A DNA stretch of 64,000 nt from Clostridia bacterium. GTDB taxonomy: Bacteria; Bacillota; Clostridia; Oscillospirales; CAG-272. The stretch is from positions 65,709 through 129,708 of the forward strand of contig JAGAKG010000041.1 in the NCBI GenBank assembly GCA_017625755.1, written 5' to 3'. The notes beneath the pieces were generated by a model. The model did not search any database, had not been told where the DNA came from, and was given only the letters and a program-made list of their open reading frames with translations. Of this stretch, positions 25,245 through 35,860 are shown in pieces (within the stretch, counting starts at the first letter, position 1; every line of letters begins with the position of its first letter). The position numbers and the translations under genes were made by a program.

Positions 25245-27253
25245 TGGATTCTATCGAAAGAGTAGAGACCACTACCGAGGTAACGAGCCTCTGGGAAGAT
25301 TATCAAAACGGTCTCTCGTATCAACAAAGTTCCGGTCTCGCCAAGAACCTTCCGAAGTTCGTCAAGTTCTACGAGGGCGACCAATGGGCAGCACCCACCA
25401 AGAACACGAAGAACCTTCCTCGCCCGGTGGTAAACATAATCAAAATGATATGCCGAAACAAGAAGAGCGCTATCCTCTCCGTTCCGGTTAAAATCATTTA
25501 TCGAGCCGAGGACGATATGGCAGATGTCGAGAAGTTTAACCGCTTCGCCGATTATATTCAAAAGGAACTCGGTCAAGAGGCTCTCGATAAGAAGGCTATC
25601 GACGACGGCGTGAAGAAGGGTTCGTACTTCTACCACTATTATTGGGATTCCGAAGCCAAAGGCAAGGACGGAATCGAGGAAGGCGGTCTCCGTTGTGAGA
25701 TTATAGACCCTCTCAACATCTTCTTCTCCGACCCTACACAAATCGACGAGCAAAAGCAAGAGTGGATTCTTATTGCTTCTCGTGAAAATGTCAAGTCGGT
25801 CAAGGCGAAGTGCGACAACGATGTCGACCAGGAGGCTATCGTCTCCGATGAGAACGATAGCAAATACGGAACTATCGAGCAAGAAGGCGACAAACTTTGT
25901 ACCGTCCTCACGAGATACTTCCGAAAGAACGGCGAGGTCTATTGCGAGAAAGCGACGAAGAATGTCGTAGTAAACAAGCCTTTCGCTATCACTCCGAATC
26001 TTGCCGAGGCTGGCAAGGTTCTCGGCTTTGAGGAGGACGCTCCGAACAACTCTCTCCCGGACAATCACGACACGGGGAGCCTTGTGCCTACGAGCGTTAA
26101 GGCGTACCTCTATCCTATCGTCGTAGGAAACTACGAGATAAGAGAGCGTTCTATTTACGGTCTCGGAGAGGTCGAAGGTCTCATTCCGAATCAAAAGGCA
26201 ATCAACTTCAACCTCGCTATGTCTCTCTTGAACAATCAAGAGTTGGCTTGGGGCAAGTATGTCGTTCTTCCTAACGCCCTCAAAGGTCAATCTATCACTA
26301 ACGAACCGGGTCAAGTCCTTATCGACTACTCCGGAAGCGGTCAAGGTATTCGTAAGATGTCGGAGCAAGCGATTCAATCGCAACCTCTTCAACTCATCGA
26401 CACCTTGACGCAACTCACGAGAGTCGTTACCGGCTCTACGGAGGTTATGACCGGCGAGACGCTCGGCGCTGGTATGTCCGGCGCTGCTATCGCTCAACTT
26501 CAATCGCAAGCGCAACAACCGGTTGAAGAGTTGAAGGACGCCTTCTGGCTCGTTAAAGAGAAGCAAGGCAAGGTTCTCGCTCAATTCTTCAAACTCTACT
26601 ACACCGAGAAGGAGTTTACCTTCGTCGAGGAGCAAGTGCCTACGGACGAAAACGGCGTTCCTATGCAAGGCGCTCAATCCGAAGAGGTACAAATGACCGA
26701 TGTGTTCAGTAGCCAAGACTACGAACACACCGAGTTCTCCGTTGTTGTAGAGGCAACCGCCGGAACGAAGGCTTCCGCCGCCGGCGACATCAACGCTCTC
26801 GATGTGCTTCTTGCCAAGGGAGCAATCTCTATGAAAACCTATTTACGAGCATATCCGAAGGACGCTCTCTCGAATAGGTCGGAGATTCTCAAAGGTATCG
26901 AAGCGGACGAGCAAGACCAAATCAAGCAACTCACTCAACAACTTCAACAAGCGCAAGCGCAGAATATCGAACTTACAAAGGTTGTTGAGCAACAAAAGGC
27001 GACGGTAGACCAGGTTATAGCCGTTATTAAAGAGAATAACACGCTCAAAACCTACATCGCAAATATGTATACGGAGGCTTCCTTGAAGATTCGAGAAGGC
27101 AACCGTCAAATTCAAATGGGTAACGCCAAGATTGCGGAGACGACCAAGGACGCTTCCGATATGGCGCAACACATTTACAACAATATGGGAGGTCAAGCGA
27201 ATGTTATGCCCCAAGTGCAAAACGGAGGCAACGGTCAAGCGAATCAAGGGTAA
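25244..27253 (+). CDS. portal protein
   Basis: 669 aa, directly after terL. Q-rich coiled C-terminus. Position-based call. Confidence 0.7.
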   Translation: MDSIERVETTTEVTSLWEDYQNGLSYQQSSGLAKNLPKFVKFYEGDQWAAPTKNTKNLPRPVVNIIKMICRNKKSAILSVPVKIIYRAEDDMADVEKFNRFADYIQKELGQEALDKKAIDDGVKKGSYFYHYYWDSEAKGKDGIEEGGLRCEIIDPLNIFFSDPTQIDEQKQEWILIASRENVKSVKAKCDNDVDQEAIVSDENDSKYGTIEQEGDKLCTVLTRYFRKNGEVYCEKATKNVVVNKPFAITPNLAEAGKVLGFEEDAPNNSLPDNHDTGSLVPTSVKAYLYPIVVGNYEIRERSIYGLGEVEGLIPNQKAINFNLAMSLLNNQELAWGKYVVLPNALKGQSITNEPGQVLIDYSGSGQGIRKMSEQAIQSQPLQLIDTLTQLTRVVTGSTEVMTGETLGAGMSGAAIAQLQSQAQQPVEELKDAFWLVKEKQGKVLAQFFKLYYTEKEFTFVEEQVPTDENGVPMQGAQSEEVQMTDVFSSQDYEHTEFSVVVEATAGTKASAAGDINALDVLLAKGAISMKTYLRAYPKDALSNRSEILKGIEADEQDQIKQLTQQLQQAQAQNIELTKVVEQQKATVDQVIAVIKENNTLKTYIANMYTEASLKIREGNRQIQMGNAKIAETTKDASDMAQHIYNNMGGQANVMPQVQNGGNGQANQG

Positions 27254-27326
27254 AACCGTATATGTTTGTCGTAAGCCGACTTGCCCCTTTTATAAAAAGC
27301 CTATCAAGGCTCAATCCAACCGATAG
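27201..27326 (+). CDS. 41-aa zinc-ribbon peptide overlapping the portal 3' end
   Basis: GGGAGG RBS. CPKC...CRKPTC. Confidence 0.35.
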   Translation: MLCPKCKTEATVKRIKGKTVYVCRKPTCPFYKKPIKAQSNR

Positions 27327-27399
27327 TCAATAGGTCGCTCCTATAACTATACAAAAATCTTACGCAGCAATAGCGGAAAAATGCAAAGGAGAACTTCTT

Positions 27400-28203
27400 A
27401 TGCCAGAAGAAATTAAAACAGCGCAAACAACCGTAGACACGGAGGTCGATAGCCACGCTGATGTCGACACCACCAAGGACGATGTAAACGATGTTGAGTT
27501 CACGGACACTCCGGGAGAACCGCAAGGCGGAACTACCGCTACGAAGGAAACCGGAACTACTCAAACAAAGGAACAGAACTCCGAAAACGCTCGCCGTAGG
27601 CGTGAGGCAGAACGCCAAGCCGAACTCGAAAGAGCGAAGGCGGCGGTAAGAGAACAAACCATTATCGAGACTCTCGGAGGCAAGAACCCCTACACCAACG
27701 AGGAAATGAAAGACCACGCCGATGTTGAGGAATACCTCGCTATGAGAGAAATCGCCAAGAACGGCGGAGACCCCCTCTCGGACTACTCGAAGTTCCAAAA
27801 GCAGAAGGAACGAGAAAGAGTCGAGCAAGCCGACAAAGCAGCGAAGGAAAAGGAATGGTATCGCAAAGACCAAGAGGATTTTGCAACCAAGCACCCGGAG
27901 GTCAATCTCCAAACGCTTATCCAAGACCCTCAATTCCAAAAGTTCGCAAGCGGTAAGGTCGGTGTACTCCCCCTCTCGGAAATCTACGAAGGCTTCATCG
28001 AGGTAGTTACCGAGTATGAAAAGAAGGCGAAGGCTATGGCGAAGCAAATGCTCGCAAACCAAAAGGCTTCTCCCGGCTCTCTGTCAAGCACGAATCCGAC
28101 CGATAGTGGCTATTTTACGAAAGAGCAAGTTCAAAAGATGACCCAAGCGGAAGTCCACGAGAACTATGACAAGATTCGTGCAAGTATGCGTAAGTGGAAA
28201 TAA
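27400..28203 (+). CDS. scaffolding protein
   Basis: Charged and helical, lies between portal and capsid genes. Confidence 0.6.
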   Translation: MPEEIKTAQTTVDTEVDSHADVDTTKDDVNDVEFTDTPGEPQGGTTATKETGTTQTKEQNSENARRRREAERQAELERAKAAVREQTIIETLGGKNPYTNEEMKDHADVEEYLAMREIAKNGGDPLSDYSKFQKQKERERVEQADKAAKEKEWYRKDQEDFATKHPEVNLQTLIQDPQFQKFASGKVGVLPLSEIYEGFIEVVTEYEKKAKAMAKQMLANQKASPGSLSSTNPTDSGYFTKEQVQKMTQAEVHENYDKIRASMRKWK

Positions 28204-28231
28204 AAAATAATTAACAAGGAGGAAATACATT

Positions 28232-29101
28232 ATGGCATACCAAAACTTTATCCCTACCGTGTGGAACGAAGGGATTGAAAGAGAACTCGAAAGAATTTGC
28301 GTGTTCGCCGAAGATTGCAACCGCAAGTACGAAGGTTCTGTCAAAGAAAAAGGCGAGTCCGTCAAGATTCTTGGCGTAGGCAAGCCTACTATCAAGAGCC
28401 TTGCAAAGGCTAACAAGAACAACGACATCGACGCTCCGGAGGAAATCGAAGATACTTCCGTTATTATGTACATCAACCAGATTCGCTACTTCAACTATAT
28501 GGTAGGCGACATCGACAAGGCGCAAGCGGTTGGTGGCATTATGGACGCTCTCGAACAAGAGACTTCCGAAGGTCTTGCAAACGAGGTAGATACCTACATC
28601 GCAAGCAAGGCGGTAGACGAGTCTGTTAAGGCTCTCTACGGCAACACTCCGGTTAAGGTTGTTGCAAACGAGAACGCCGGCACCGGCGAGAAGTATGTTC
28701 TCGATATTCTCGACGAAGCGCTTCAAAAACTCTACGAGAACGATGTTAAGTCGACCACCAAGATTGTCGTTACTATCTCTCCTCGTTTCTTCACTCTCTT
28801 CAAGAGAGCGTACATCAACAAGGACACCGATAATAGCGAAATGCTCAAAAACGGTAGAGTTGCGAAGTACGGCAACATCATCGTTAAGATGTCGAACAAT
28901 GTTCACAGAACGAGCAACGGTGCGGTCGATAACATTATGATTCGTACCCAGAGAGCAATCGCTTTTGCGAAGCCTCTCACTCACACCGAGCCTTATCGCC
29001 CGGAAAAGAAATTCGCTGACGCCGTTAAAGGCTTCATTCTCTTCGACGCAAAAGTCGTTCGTCCGAAGGAAGTCATTAACATCAATGTCAAGTACGCATA
29101 A
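28232..29101 (+). CDS. major capsid protein (P22-coat-like N-terminus)
   Basis: AGGAGG RBS. NFIPTVWNEGIERELERICVFAEDCNRKYEG...G.SVKI resembles P22-coat-family starts. Followed by a small gene and a strong terminator. Confidence 0.7.
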   Translation: MAYQNFIPTVWNEGIERELERICVFAEDCNRKYEGSVKEKGESVKILGVGKPTIKSLAKANKNNDIDAPEEIEDTSVIMYINQIRYFNYMVGDIDKAQAVGGIMDALEQETSEGLANEVDTYIASKAVDESVKALYGNTPVKVVANENAGTGEKYVLDILDEALQKLYENDVKSTTKIVVTISPRFFTLFKRAYINKDTDNSEMLKNGRVAKYGNIIVKMSNNVHRTSNGAVDNIMIRTQRAIAFAKPLTHTEPYRPEKKFADAVKGFILFDAKVVRPKEVININVKYA

Positions 29102-29115
29102 GGAGGTAAAGAACT

Positions 29116-29433
29116 ATGGCTTTGACTATGAGAAATACTATTGCGGAGGTTACGCTTGAAGCGCTTACCGCAAACACCGCAAAGGCTATTGCTTGGAACG
29201 AGAAGGACGAACACACCGTTCTCGTTATCAATGCGGCTGCTCAAACCGACCTTACCGTTAAGGCTGGCAACGGAATCCAGGGTGTAACCGACCTCGTGCT
29301 TACCGTTCCCAAGGGCGTGAGCCTTGTAAAACTCGAAAGCGGTAGATTCAAGAATGTGTCTGGCGCAAACAAGGGCAAGGTTATCGTCGTTTCGACCGGT
29401 ACGCCCAGCGTTGGCGTTGTAGCGCTCGTTTAA
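29116..29433 (+). CDS. small virion protein (possible decoration protein)
   Basis: Position after the capsid gene; beta-rich sequence. Confidence 0.4.
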   Translation: MALTMRNTIAEVTLEALTANTAKAIAWNEKDEHTVLVINAAAQTDLTVKAGNGIQGVTDLVLTVPKGVSLVKLESGRFKNVSGANKGKVIVVSTGTPSVGVVALV

Positions 29434-29444
29434 GAAGCAAACAA

Positions 29445-29477
29445 AGAGCCTATCTATTGGTTAGGTAGGCTCTTTTA
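29445..29477 (+). terminator. rho-independent terminator after the capsid operon
   Basis: Stem AGAGCCTA / TAGGCTCT followed by TTTT. Confidence 0.7.
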
Positions 29478-29518
29478 TGCAATTAAAGGGCGAAAATTGC
29501 TCACAAGGAGATGATTTT

Positions 29519-30157
29519 ATGAAATTAGGAGACATCAAAATTGAGGCGTTAAAGTTGATGTTCGTCAATATGGGAGACGACATCGACATCGAGAGCCTCG
29601 AAACCTACGCCCAAGATGAAATCTACAAAAGTTATCTCGTGAATATGCCTGGGGCGATAAATCGTTGTTTTGCGAGCATTGAAGAGAAGAGAGTCCTTCC
29701 GTCCAAGTCAAGGACTTTGCAACGCTCCGAGGCGCTTGCAAGTGGCGGATTCGTGCGCTTTGACCTCGCTTCCCTTATCTCCGACTTCTTCGACATTGAT
29801 AGAATCGTGAGGGAAACCTCCGACGGAGACTACGAGGGCGATTGCGACTACACGACCGAAGGCGACACGCTTGTTCTTGACCGATACGAGGAAGAGGACG
29901 GTGTAACCTACACGGTTCTTTATAAGCCGACTATCGAGAGGATAACCTCTTCGACCGACGACAACACGGAAATCGCTATTCCCAACAATATCGCTGCATA
30001 TATCCCCTACTTCTTGAAGGGAGACCTTTATCGAGACGACGAGCCGAACGAGGCGAGCGAGGCTCGAAATTGGTACGAGCAAGCGATGAACGAGATATAC
30101 CTCAAAAAAGAACACAAGACGAATAGAATCAAGTCGGTCTATTCGCAAACGGAGTAA
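29519..30157 (+). CDS. head-tail adaptor/connector-like protein
   Basis: AAGGAGA RBS. Position-based call. Confidence 0.4.
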   Translation: MKLGDIKIEALKLMFVNMGDDIDIESLETYAQDEIYKSYLVNMPGAINRCFASIEEKRVLPSKSRTLQRSEALASGGFVRFDLASLISDFFDIDRIVRETSDGDYEGDCDYTTEGDTLVLDRYEEEDGVTYTVLYKPTIERITSSTDDNTEIAIPNNIAAYIPYFLKGDLYRDDEPNEASEARNWYEQAMNEIYLKKEHKTNRIKSVYSQTE

Positions 30158-30162
30158 AGCCT

Positions 30163-32733
30163 ATGAAAGCGAATACCAACATCACTCTCAAAAATAGGCG
30201 AACTCTCACGCTCGGAAACTTCAAGGGCGTAGACTTTTCCTCTTCTCCGTTGAGCGTTCGTAGCGATAGAGCCTCAAATATGAGGAACTTCATCAACGAG
30301 TACGGCGTCAACAAGAAGAGAAATGGTTGGAACGAACTTCTCAAAATCAAACACGGCGGAGTGGCGCAGCGCATAAACGGTATATTCGAGTATGTGAACG
30401 GCGACCGCCGAGAGATGTTAGTTCACGCCGGAAAGAGATTTTATCGTCTTACGAAATCCGACGGAAAGTATTCGTACCAAGACATCACGCTTTCCTCTAC
30501 CTACGCTCCGGCGAAGTGCGATGTAGGACTTCTTAAAGACCAAAGAAGCCAAGCCTTCTTTAATAAAGGCAAGGCGTATATTATCGGTTGCGGAGACTAC
30601 CTCGTATACGGAACTTGGAACGACGGAGGCTCTTACGAACTCCGAAGGGTGGCAAACAACGAGGACACTTATATTCCGACGACTACAATCTCTATCGACC
30701 CGGACGATGTTATGGACGATACGAGAGGAAGCCTCGACGATATAAATTGTCTATCGAGGAAGCGTATCAACCAACTTCTCGGAAGTGCCGAAGCGAACAA
30801 AACCTGGACGCTCGACGCCGGGGAAATTGACGACGGAACGGCGGTAGAGATTAAACTCGAAACCGTCGAAGGCTCGGAGGAAAACGAGGTCGCCGTCGAA
30901 TACCTCATCAAGAACAACCAAACCGACAAGACAAAACTCTATAAGGTAGCCAAGAACGGAACGGCTATGACGGCGGAAGAGTGCGGTTCGCTCGTTTATG
31001 CAACCGGTAAAATAACGCTCTCTATCTCCTCCGCTCCTCAAATCGAGAACAGAGATAACATTTATGTTACCTACGAACACTCGAACGAAGGCTATCTTGA
31101 AAGGATTATGAATTGCAACTTCGGAATCCTTTTCGGCGTAGACGGTAACACCGACCGACTCTTTTTGAGTGGCAACTCGGATTATCCGAATATCGACTTT
31201 CACTCGGAAATGGACGACTACACCTACTTTGGAGACCTCAACACCGCTTCAATGGGAAGCGACTCGGTTGCGGTCAACGGCTACGCTCGACTTTCCGATA
31301 GTACGCTCGTAATCTACAAGGCGGAAACCGGGCAAGAGGCAAGTATCTTCTACCGCACCGGCTCTTATAGAGAATCCTACGATTCGAGCGGAAACCTTGA
31401 ATCTATCCGAGGCGTATTCCCAACCTCCGCCGGAAGTATAGGCGAAGGCGTTGTGAGTCGTTACGCTTGCGTAAACTTCGCCGGCGATAACATCATTCTC
31501 TCGAAGAATGGCGTTTTCGGAATCGTACTTGCGGAGAATGTCGCAACGACCGAGAGATACACAAGAGAACGCTCTCGTTCTATCAACGAAAGGCTCAAAA
31601 GACACGAGAACCTCTCCGAGGCGGTCGGAATCGTTTATAAGAACCGCTACTACCTCGCCGTTGACAATGTATGCTATATCGCCGATTCGAGATATAAGTA
31701 TACCTCCGAGGATAGCGTAGACGGCTCGTACAACTACGAGTGGTGGTTCTGGGATAATGTTCCGGTTCGTGTGTGGGCGAATATCGGAAACGAATTATAC
31801 TTCGGAAGCGCCGACGGTCAAGTCTGTGTGTTTGACGATGAATACACCGATAGAACCTACCAACAAAGCGCAGCCGGAGACCTCGCTCTCGACATCTCGG
31901 ACAACAAGATAACCTACAACCAAAATATCGACATCGCCCTCTCGGAAGGCGATAGAATAACCTTCTCGACTAACGGAATCTACGCTCTCGCTTCGGATAG
32001 CGTCGTCGTAGAAAACGGTCGAATCAAAACCACCGAGGACAAGATATTCTCCTTCCACGACGGAATGGAGGTATACGCCGACAATGTAGGCGATAGCGGA
32101 CTTTCAATAAACACGAAATACTATGTTCGTGAAATCGACGCCGGCGAATGTACTTACTCGCTCGAAGATAGGAGCGGTAACGAAATCGCCCTTGCAAGCG
32201 GAGGCTTCCGCCTCTACCGTTCAATCTCAAACACCGAACTTTACATAACGAATATAACCGAGGACTCGTTCCAGGTTAAAAGTTATAAGGCGGCGGACGA
32301 GTTGATTCTTGCAAGTTATAACGGCGTAGTTCCTACGACACCGCTTGCCACTTTCGCTCATATCCAAAATGTTGTGGCGGAGTTCTATACGCCGGTATTT
32401 GACCTCGGAACGAACGAGTCGAGCAAGACTCTCTTAAAAATGACAATCTCTACCGAACCGGAAGTCAACGGAAAACTCTCCTTTGGTTACGAGACGAGGA
32501 ATGTAAATAAACTCATCAACGCCAAGGGAATCAATGTGTTCTCCTTCGATAACTTCTCCTTCGAGAACTTCTCGTTCGATACCGGATTCGCCAACAGTTA
32601 TTCGGTTAGAAGCAACGAAAGGAACTTTAACTTCATTATCTTCCGCTTCGTCTCCGATAACGATAGTAATTGCATAGTGAACACCTTCACTATCATTTAC
32701 AAAATCAACAAAGCAAACAAAGGAGTGAAGTAG
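30163..32733 (+). CDS. large virion structural protein (tail/adsorption apparatus)
   Basis: 856 aa, lies between the adaptor and fibre genes. No motif recognised. Confidence 0.4.
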   Translation: MKANTNITLKNRRTLTLGNFKGVDFSSSPLSVRSDRASNMRNFINEYGVNKKRNGWNELLKIKHGGVAQRINGIFEYVNGDRREMLVHAGKRFYRLTKSDGKYSYQDITLSSTYAPAKCDVGLLKDQRSQAFFNKGKAYIIGCGDYLVYGTWNDGGSYELRRVANNEDTYIPTTTISIDPDDVMDDTRGSLDDINCLSRKRINQLLGSAEANKTWTLDAGEIDDGTAVEIKLETVEGSEENEVAVEYLIKNNQTDKTKLYKVAKNGTAMTAEECGSLVYATGKITLSISSAPQIENRDNIYVTYEHSNEGYLERIMNCNFGILFGVDGNTDRLFLSGNSDYPNIDFHSEMDDYTYFGDLNTASMGSDSVAVNGYARLSDSTLVIYKAETGQEASIFYRTGSYRESYDSSGNLESIRGVFPTSAGSIGEGVVSRYACVNFAGDNIILSKNGVFGIVLAENVATTERYTRERSRSINERLKRHENLSEAVGIVYKNRYYLAVDNVCYIADSRYKYTSEDSVDGSYNYEWWFWDNVPVRVWANIGNELYFGSADGQVCVFDDEYTDRTYQQSAAGDLALDISDNKITYNQNIDIALSEGDRITFSTNGIYALASDSVVVENGRIKTTEDKIFSFHDGMEVYADNVGDSGLSINTKYYVREIDAGECTYSLEDRSGNEIALASGGFRLYRSISNTELYITNITEDSFQVKSYKAADELILASYNGVVPTTPLATFAHIQNVVAEFYTPVFDLGTNESSKTLLKMTISTEPEVNGKLSFGYETRNVNKLINAKGINVFSFDNFSFENFSFDTGFANSYSVRSNERNFNFIIFRFVSDNDSNCIVNTFTIIYKINKANKGVK

Positions 32734-32734
32734 T

Positions 32735-34561
32735 ATGGCAAAAGTACATAAAACAAGCGCCGAAGTCAAATCGGCGATACAAAGAAAATCCGCTTACTCG
32801 CTCCCCAACAACCCCACGGATTCCGGCTTTAAGGCAAGCGATATTCGTAACGCCTTCTATAAGCCTATTATCGACATCACGAACTCCGCCTTAACGGAAA
32901 TCGACCGAATCGTCGAGGAACTCAACGGCGTGTTGGGTCTCGCTACGAAAGATGTGGACGCTATCGAGAATGTTGCCGGCTTGAACTATCACGGCTCGGA
33001 CGGCTTGATTTATTCCTTCAACGGAAGCGCCTTCACGGTTAGCGGAAACGACGAACTCGAAGGCGAGGTTTCCATTCCTTCCTCCGTGTTCTATCAAGAC
33101 AAATACTACCCGGTGGTCGCTATTGCGGCGAACGCTTTTAGTGGTAGCAAAATCACGAAGGCGGAGATTGCTTCGTCTGTGGAGACCGTCGGAGAAAAGG
33201 CGTTTTACGCCTCCACTCTTACCTCGGTTAAGTTCTACGGAAGCGCTTCAATCGGAGCGAACGCTTTCTACGCTGGGCGTGTTGCGTTTAGCGTACCGAA
33301 GGAATACCTCTCCGCTTACGAATCGTCGCTTGCAAGTTATAAAAAGACGCTTGTAGGCTTCGATACGATAGCCAACAACGCTCTCAATATCGCAGCGCTC
33401 TTCCGAGATAAAGTCGATAAGATTATCGGAGAATCCGCAAACGAGAGGGCGTACATCATCTCCAAGACCGGAGCGCAAATCACGAGAAAGTTGGTTACAA
33501 CTCCGACCGACGGAGAAATCCCGGTATACTTAACCGGCGGAAGAATCCCGGTCAAGACTCCTCAAACGGACGACGACGCAACGCCGAAGGGATATGTAGA
33601 AGATAGGCTCGAATCTATGGGCGCATACATCGCCTTCTCGATAGACCCTACAAACTACAAAATGACGATTCAGTTGAAGAACGAGGACGGAACGGTTTTG
33701 AGTTCCGGCTCGGTCGACCTTCCTCTCGAAAGTATGATTCTCGGAGCGAAGTACGCAAACGGAATCCTCTCTCTCAACATCAAGACCGCCGACGGCTCGA
33801 TGAACAACACCGTTATTGATGTCAACATCTCCGACCTTATCTCCGGTCTCGTTAGCGACGACACCTTCGAGGCGGAGGTTGGAAGGCTTGACGGAAGAAT
33901 CAATCAAGCCAACAACGCCCACCAGGCGCTCGTTGCGGAGGTAGACCAAAAGGAAATCTATGCTCACGCCGCCTTCCACTCGGAAGAGGCGGAGACCGCA
34001 AGGAACTATACCAAGGGAGGCAAGACGGATAAAAAATTCCGTGAAATTGAGGCTATCGGCGCAACGAACCTCTCCCTCTCGCTCGACAAGGATTATAAGT
34101 TGACCGTAAAACTCTTGAACAAGAAGGGCGTGGTTATTGCCGACGGTATGGTTGACCTTCCTATCGAGAGCCTCATCACAAAGGCTTCGTATAGCAATAA
34201 AATCCTTACGCTTACCTTCCAGAGCGGAGACACCTTGAAGGTAGACATCTCCTCGATTATAAGCGGTCTCGTACCGGACGCAAGAACTATCAACGGAAAG
34301 AACCTCAAAGCGGACATCACGCTCACGGCTTCCGATGTAGGCGCTTATGCAAAAGACGAGACTTTCAACAAGTCGGAGGTAACGAACCTTCTCGGAAATC
34401 AAAAACAAGAACTCCTCGTCGGAATCGAGGAACACCAGGTTGTCGGTTACGCTTACTCTTCCACCGAGGCGGAGAAAGCGAGCGGTTACATCAAAGGCGG
34501 CGGAATCGACAAAGCGCTCAAAGCACTCGACAAGAGACTCTCTACTCTTGAAGATAAATAA
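32735..34561 (+). CDS. tail fibre-like protein with BspA-type leucine-rich repeats and two ~75-aa internal repeats
   Basis: LRR block VAIAANAFSGSKITKAEIASSVETVGEKAFYASTLTSVKFYGSASIGANAFY. Repeats: ...VDLPLESMILGAKYANGILSLNIK... and ...VDLPIESLITKASYSNKILTLTFQ.... Confidence 0.55.
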   Translation: MAKVHKTSAEVKSAIQRKSAYSLPNNPTDSGFKASDIRNAFYKPIIDITNSALTEIDRIVEELNGVLGLATKDVDAIENVAGLNYHGSDGLIYSFNGSAFTVSGNDELEGEVSIPSSVFYQDKYYPVVAIAANAFSGSKITKAEIASSVETVGEKAFYASTLTSVKFYGSASIGANAFYAGRVAFSVPKEYLSAYESSLASYKKTLVGFDTIANNALNIAALFRDKVDKIIGESANERAYIISKTGAQITRKLVTTPTDGEIPVYLTGGRIPVKTPQTDDDATPKGYVEDRLESMGAYIAFSIDPTNYKMTIQLKNEDGTVLSSGSVDLPLESMILGAKYANGILSLNIKTADGSMNNTVIDVNISDLISGLVSDDTFEAEVGRLDGRINQANNAHQALVAEVDQKEIYAHAAFHSEEAETARNYTKGGKTDKKFREIEAIGATNLSLSLDKDYKLTVKLLNKKGVVIADGMVDLPIESLITKASYSNKILTLTFQSGDTLKVDISSIISGLVPDARTINGKNLKADITLTASDVGAYAKDETFNKSEVTNLLGNQKQELLVGIEEHQVVGYAYSSTEAEKASGYIKGGGIDKALKALDKRLSTLEDK

Positions 34562-34579
34562 TTTTAGGAGGACAAAACA

Positions 34580-35677
34580 ATGCTTTTAGAGAAAACGAAA
34601 ATCTATGGCGTGGATAATGTAGGACAATCGAGTCCTACTTTAACCAGAACGGACGCAGCCGTAGGACTCGGCTACACTATCGGAACGAGCGAAATTCAAA
34701 GCGACTTCGATAGATGTTTTCCGTGGTGTGAGATGAAGGAGGTTACGGACGAGTTCGGAAATGTCTTTATCCGTGTTCCCAAGTTCTACACCAAAATCAC
34801 GAAAAATGCAAACGGCACTTATAAGCACCAAATCTCTGGTTGTCGCTACGACGGCTTCGGCACTCTCTTTGTAGACGGCAAGGGTAACGAACTTGACTAT
34901 ATCCTCATCGGTAAGTACGAAGGTTCTTACGACTCCGAACATTCGAGAATGATGTCGAAGAGCGGTCAAACGGTAAAGGTAAGTATCACGCTTCCGAACT
35001 ACCGCAAGGCTTGTATGGCGGTCGGCGAAGGCTACCAGCAATACGACTTCCTTATCGACGCTATCATCAAGGAACTCTTTATGATTGAGTTTGCGACTAC
35101 GAACTGTCAATCCATTATGAAGGGATTTACTCACGGCGACAACACCGCCGCCCTCATTACCGGTCATACCGACAATGTAAAGACGGCTTCTGGCTCGTAC
35201 AACAACAATCACGACCTCGAAGTAGACCCTTGGGTCGATACTACTTGCAACACCGACGCTCTTCACGCTTGCAAGTACAGAGGAATCGAGAACCCTTGGG
35301 GTAACACCTGGACTTGGTGCGACGGTATCAACTTCAAGAAGGAGAAGATTTATATTTGCGAATCTCCTACCGATTACGCTTCGGATAAGTACGACGCTCC
35401 GTACACCTATGTCGGCGATAGACCCGGCGAAGGCTATGTAAAGGCGGTAACTCCTTTTGCGAAGAATCCCCTTCTCGGCTATGTGTCGGAGGTTGGCGGC
35501 GGAAGTACCACTTACTACTCCGACTACTCCTATTATGCAGACGGTGGAACCGTGCTGTTTTGCGGTGGGTCTTGGAGCAGCGGCGTCTACGCCGGTTTGT
35601 GGTATTGGGGTGGTTACTCCTCCTCGTCCAACGCTTACGGTTCCTTTGGCGGTCGCCTTTGCTATAAACCTCTTTAA
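34580..35677 (+). CDS. DGR target protein (receptor-binding protein with C-terminal variable region)
   Basis: The C-terminal 40 codons constitute the VR. GGSW..G..AG...W...... pattern ending GGRLCYKPL, as in C-type-lectin-fold DGR targets. Confidence 0.85.
   Translation: MLLEKTKIYGVDNVGQSSPTLTRTDAAVGLGYTIGTSEIQSDFDRCFPWCEMKEVTDEFGNVFIRVPKFYTKITKNANGTYKHQISGCRYDGFGTLFVDGKGNELDYILIGKYEGSYDSEHSRMMSKSGQTVKVSITLPNYRKACMAVGEGYQQYDFLIDAIIKELFMIEFATTNCQSIMKGFTHGDNTAALITGHTDNVKTASGSYNNNHDLEVDPWVDTTCNTDALHACKYRGIENPWGNTWTWCDGINFKKEKIYICESPTDYASDKYDAPYTYVGDRPGEGYVKAVTPFAKNPLLGYVSEVGGGSTTYYSDYSYYADGGTVLFCGGSWSSGVYAGLWYWGGYSSSSNAYGSFGGRLCYKPL
35550..35660 (+). repeat. DGR variable repeat (VR)
   Basis: 111 bp aligned to TR at a +200 bp offset. 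19 mismatches, all opposite TR adenines. Confidence 0.9.
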
Positions 35678-35689
35678 GAGAGGGATTAT

Positions 35690-35709
35690 AAGGGAGACAC
35701 ATCTCCCTT
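35690..35709 (+). promoter_or_regulatory. 8-bp stem / 4-nt loop hairpin 30 nt downstream of VR (DGR target-recognition hairpin candidate)
   Basis: AAGGGAGA-CACA-TCTCCCTT. Not followed by a T-run. Confidence 0.55.
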
Positions 35710-35749
35710 GGAAATAAAACAAAAAACTTTATAGGGTCGTGTGTGCAGC

Positions 35750-35860
35750 CCGTGCTGAATTGCGGTGGGAATTGGAACAACGGCGACAACGCCGGTTTGT
35801 GGAATTGGAATGGTAACAACTCCTCGTCCAACGCTAACGGTAACATTGGCGGTCGCATTT
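35750..35860 (+). repeat. DGR template repeat (TR)
   Basis: Adenine-rich copy of VR (AAC/AAT codon-like triplets), non-coding, upstream of the RT. Confidence 0.9.

Noticed and set aside
25040-26728. Very long antisense or alternative-frame ORFs across the prophage and island. Examples: 25040-26728(-), 34640-35722(-), 33530-34435(-), 42643-43653(-), 38109-38975(-), 9615-11039(+), 1831-2919(-), 4421-5467(-), 8149-8712(+).
   Set aside because: Each lies fully inside a sense-strand gene with recognisable motifs and an RBS. Their products are low-complexity (L/V/R/S-rich) and lack RBSs. They are shadow ORFs caused by codon bias.
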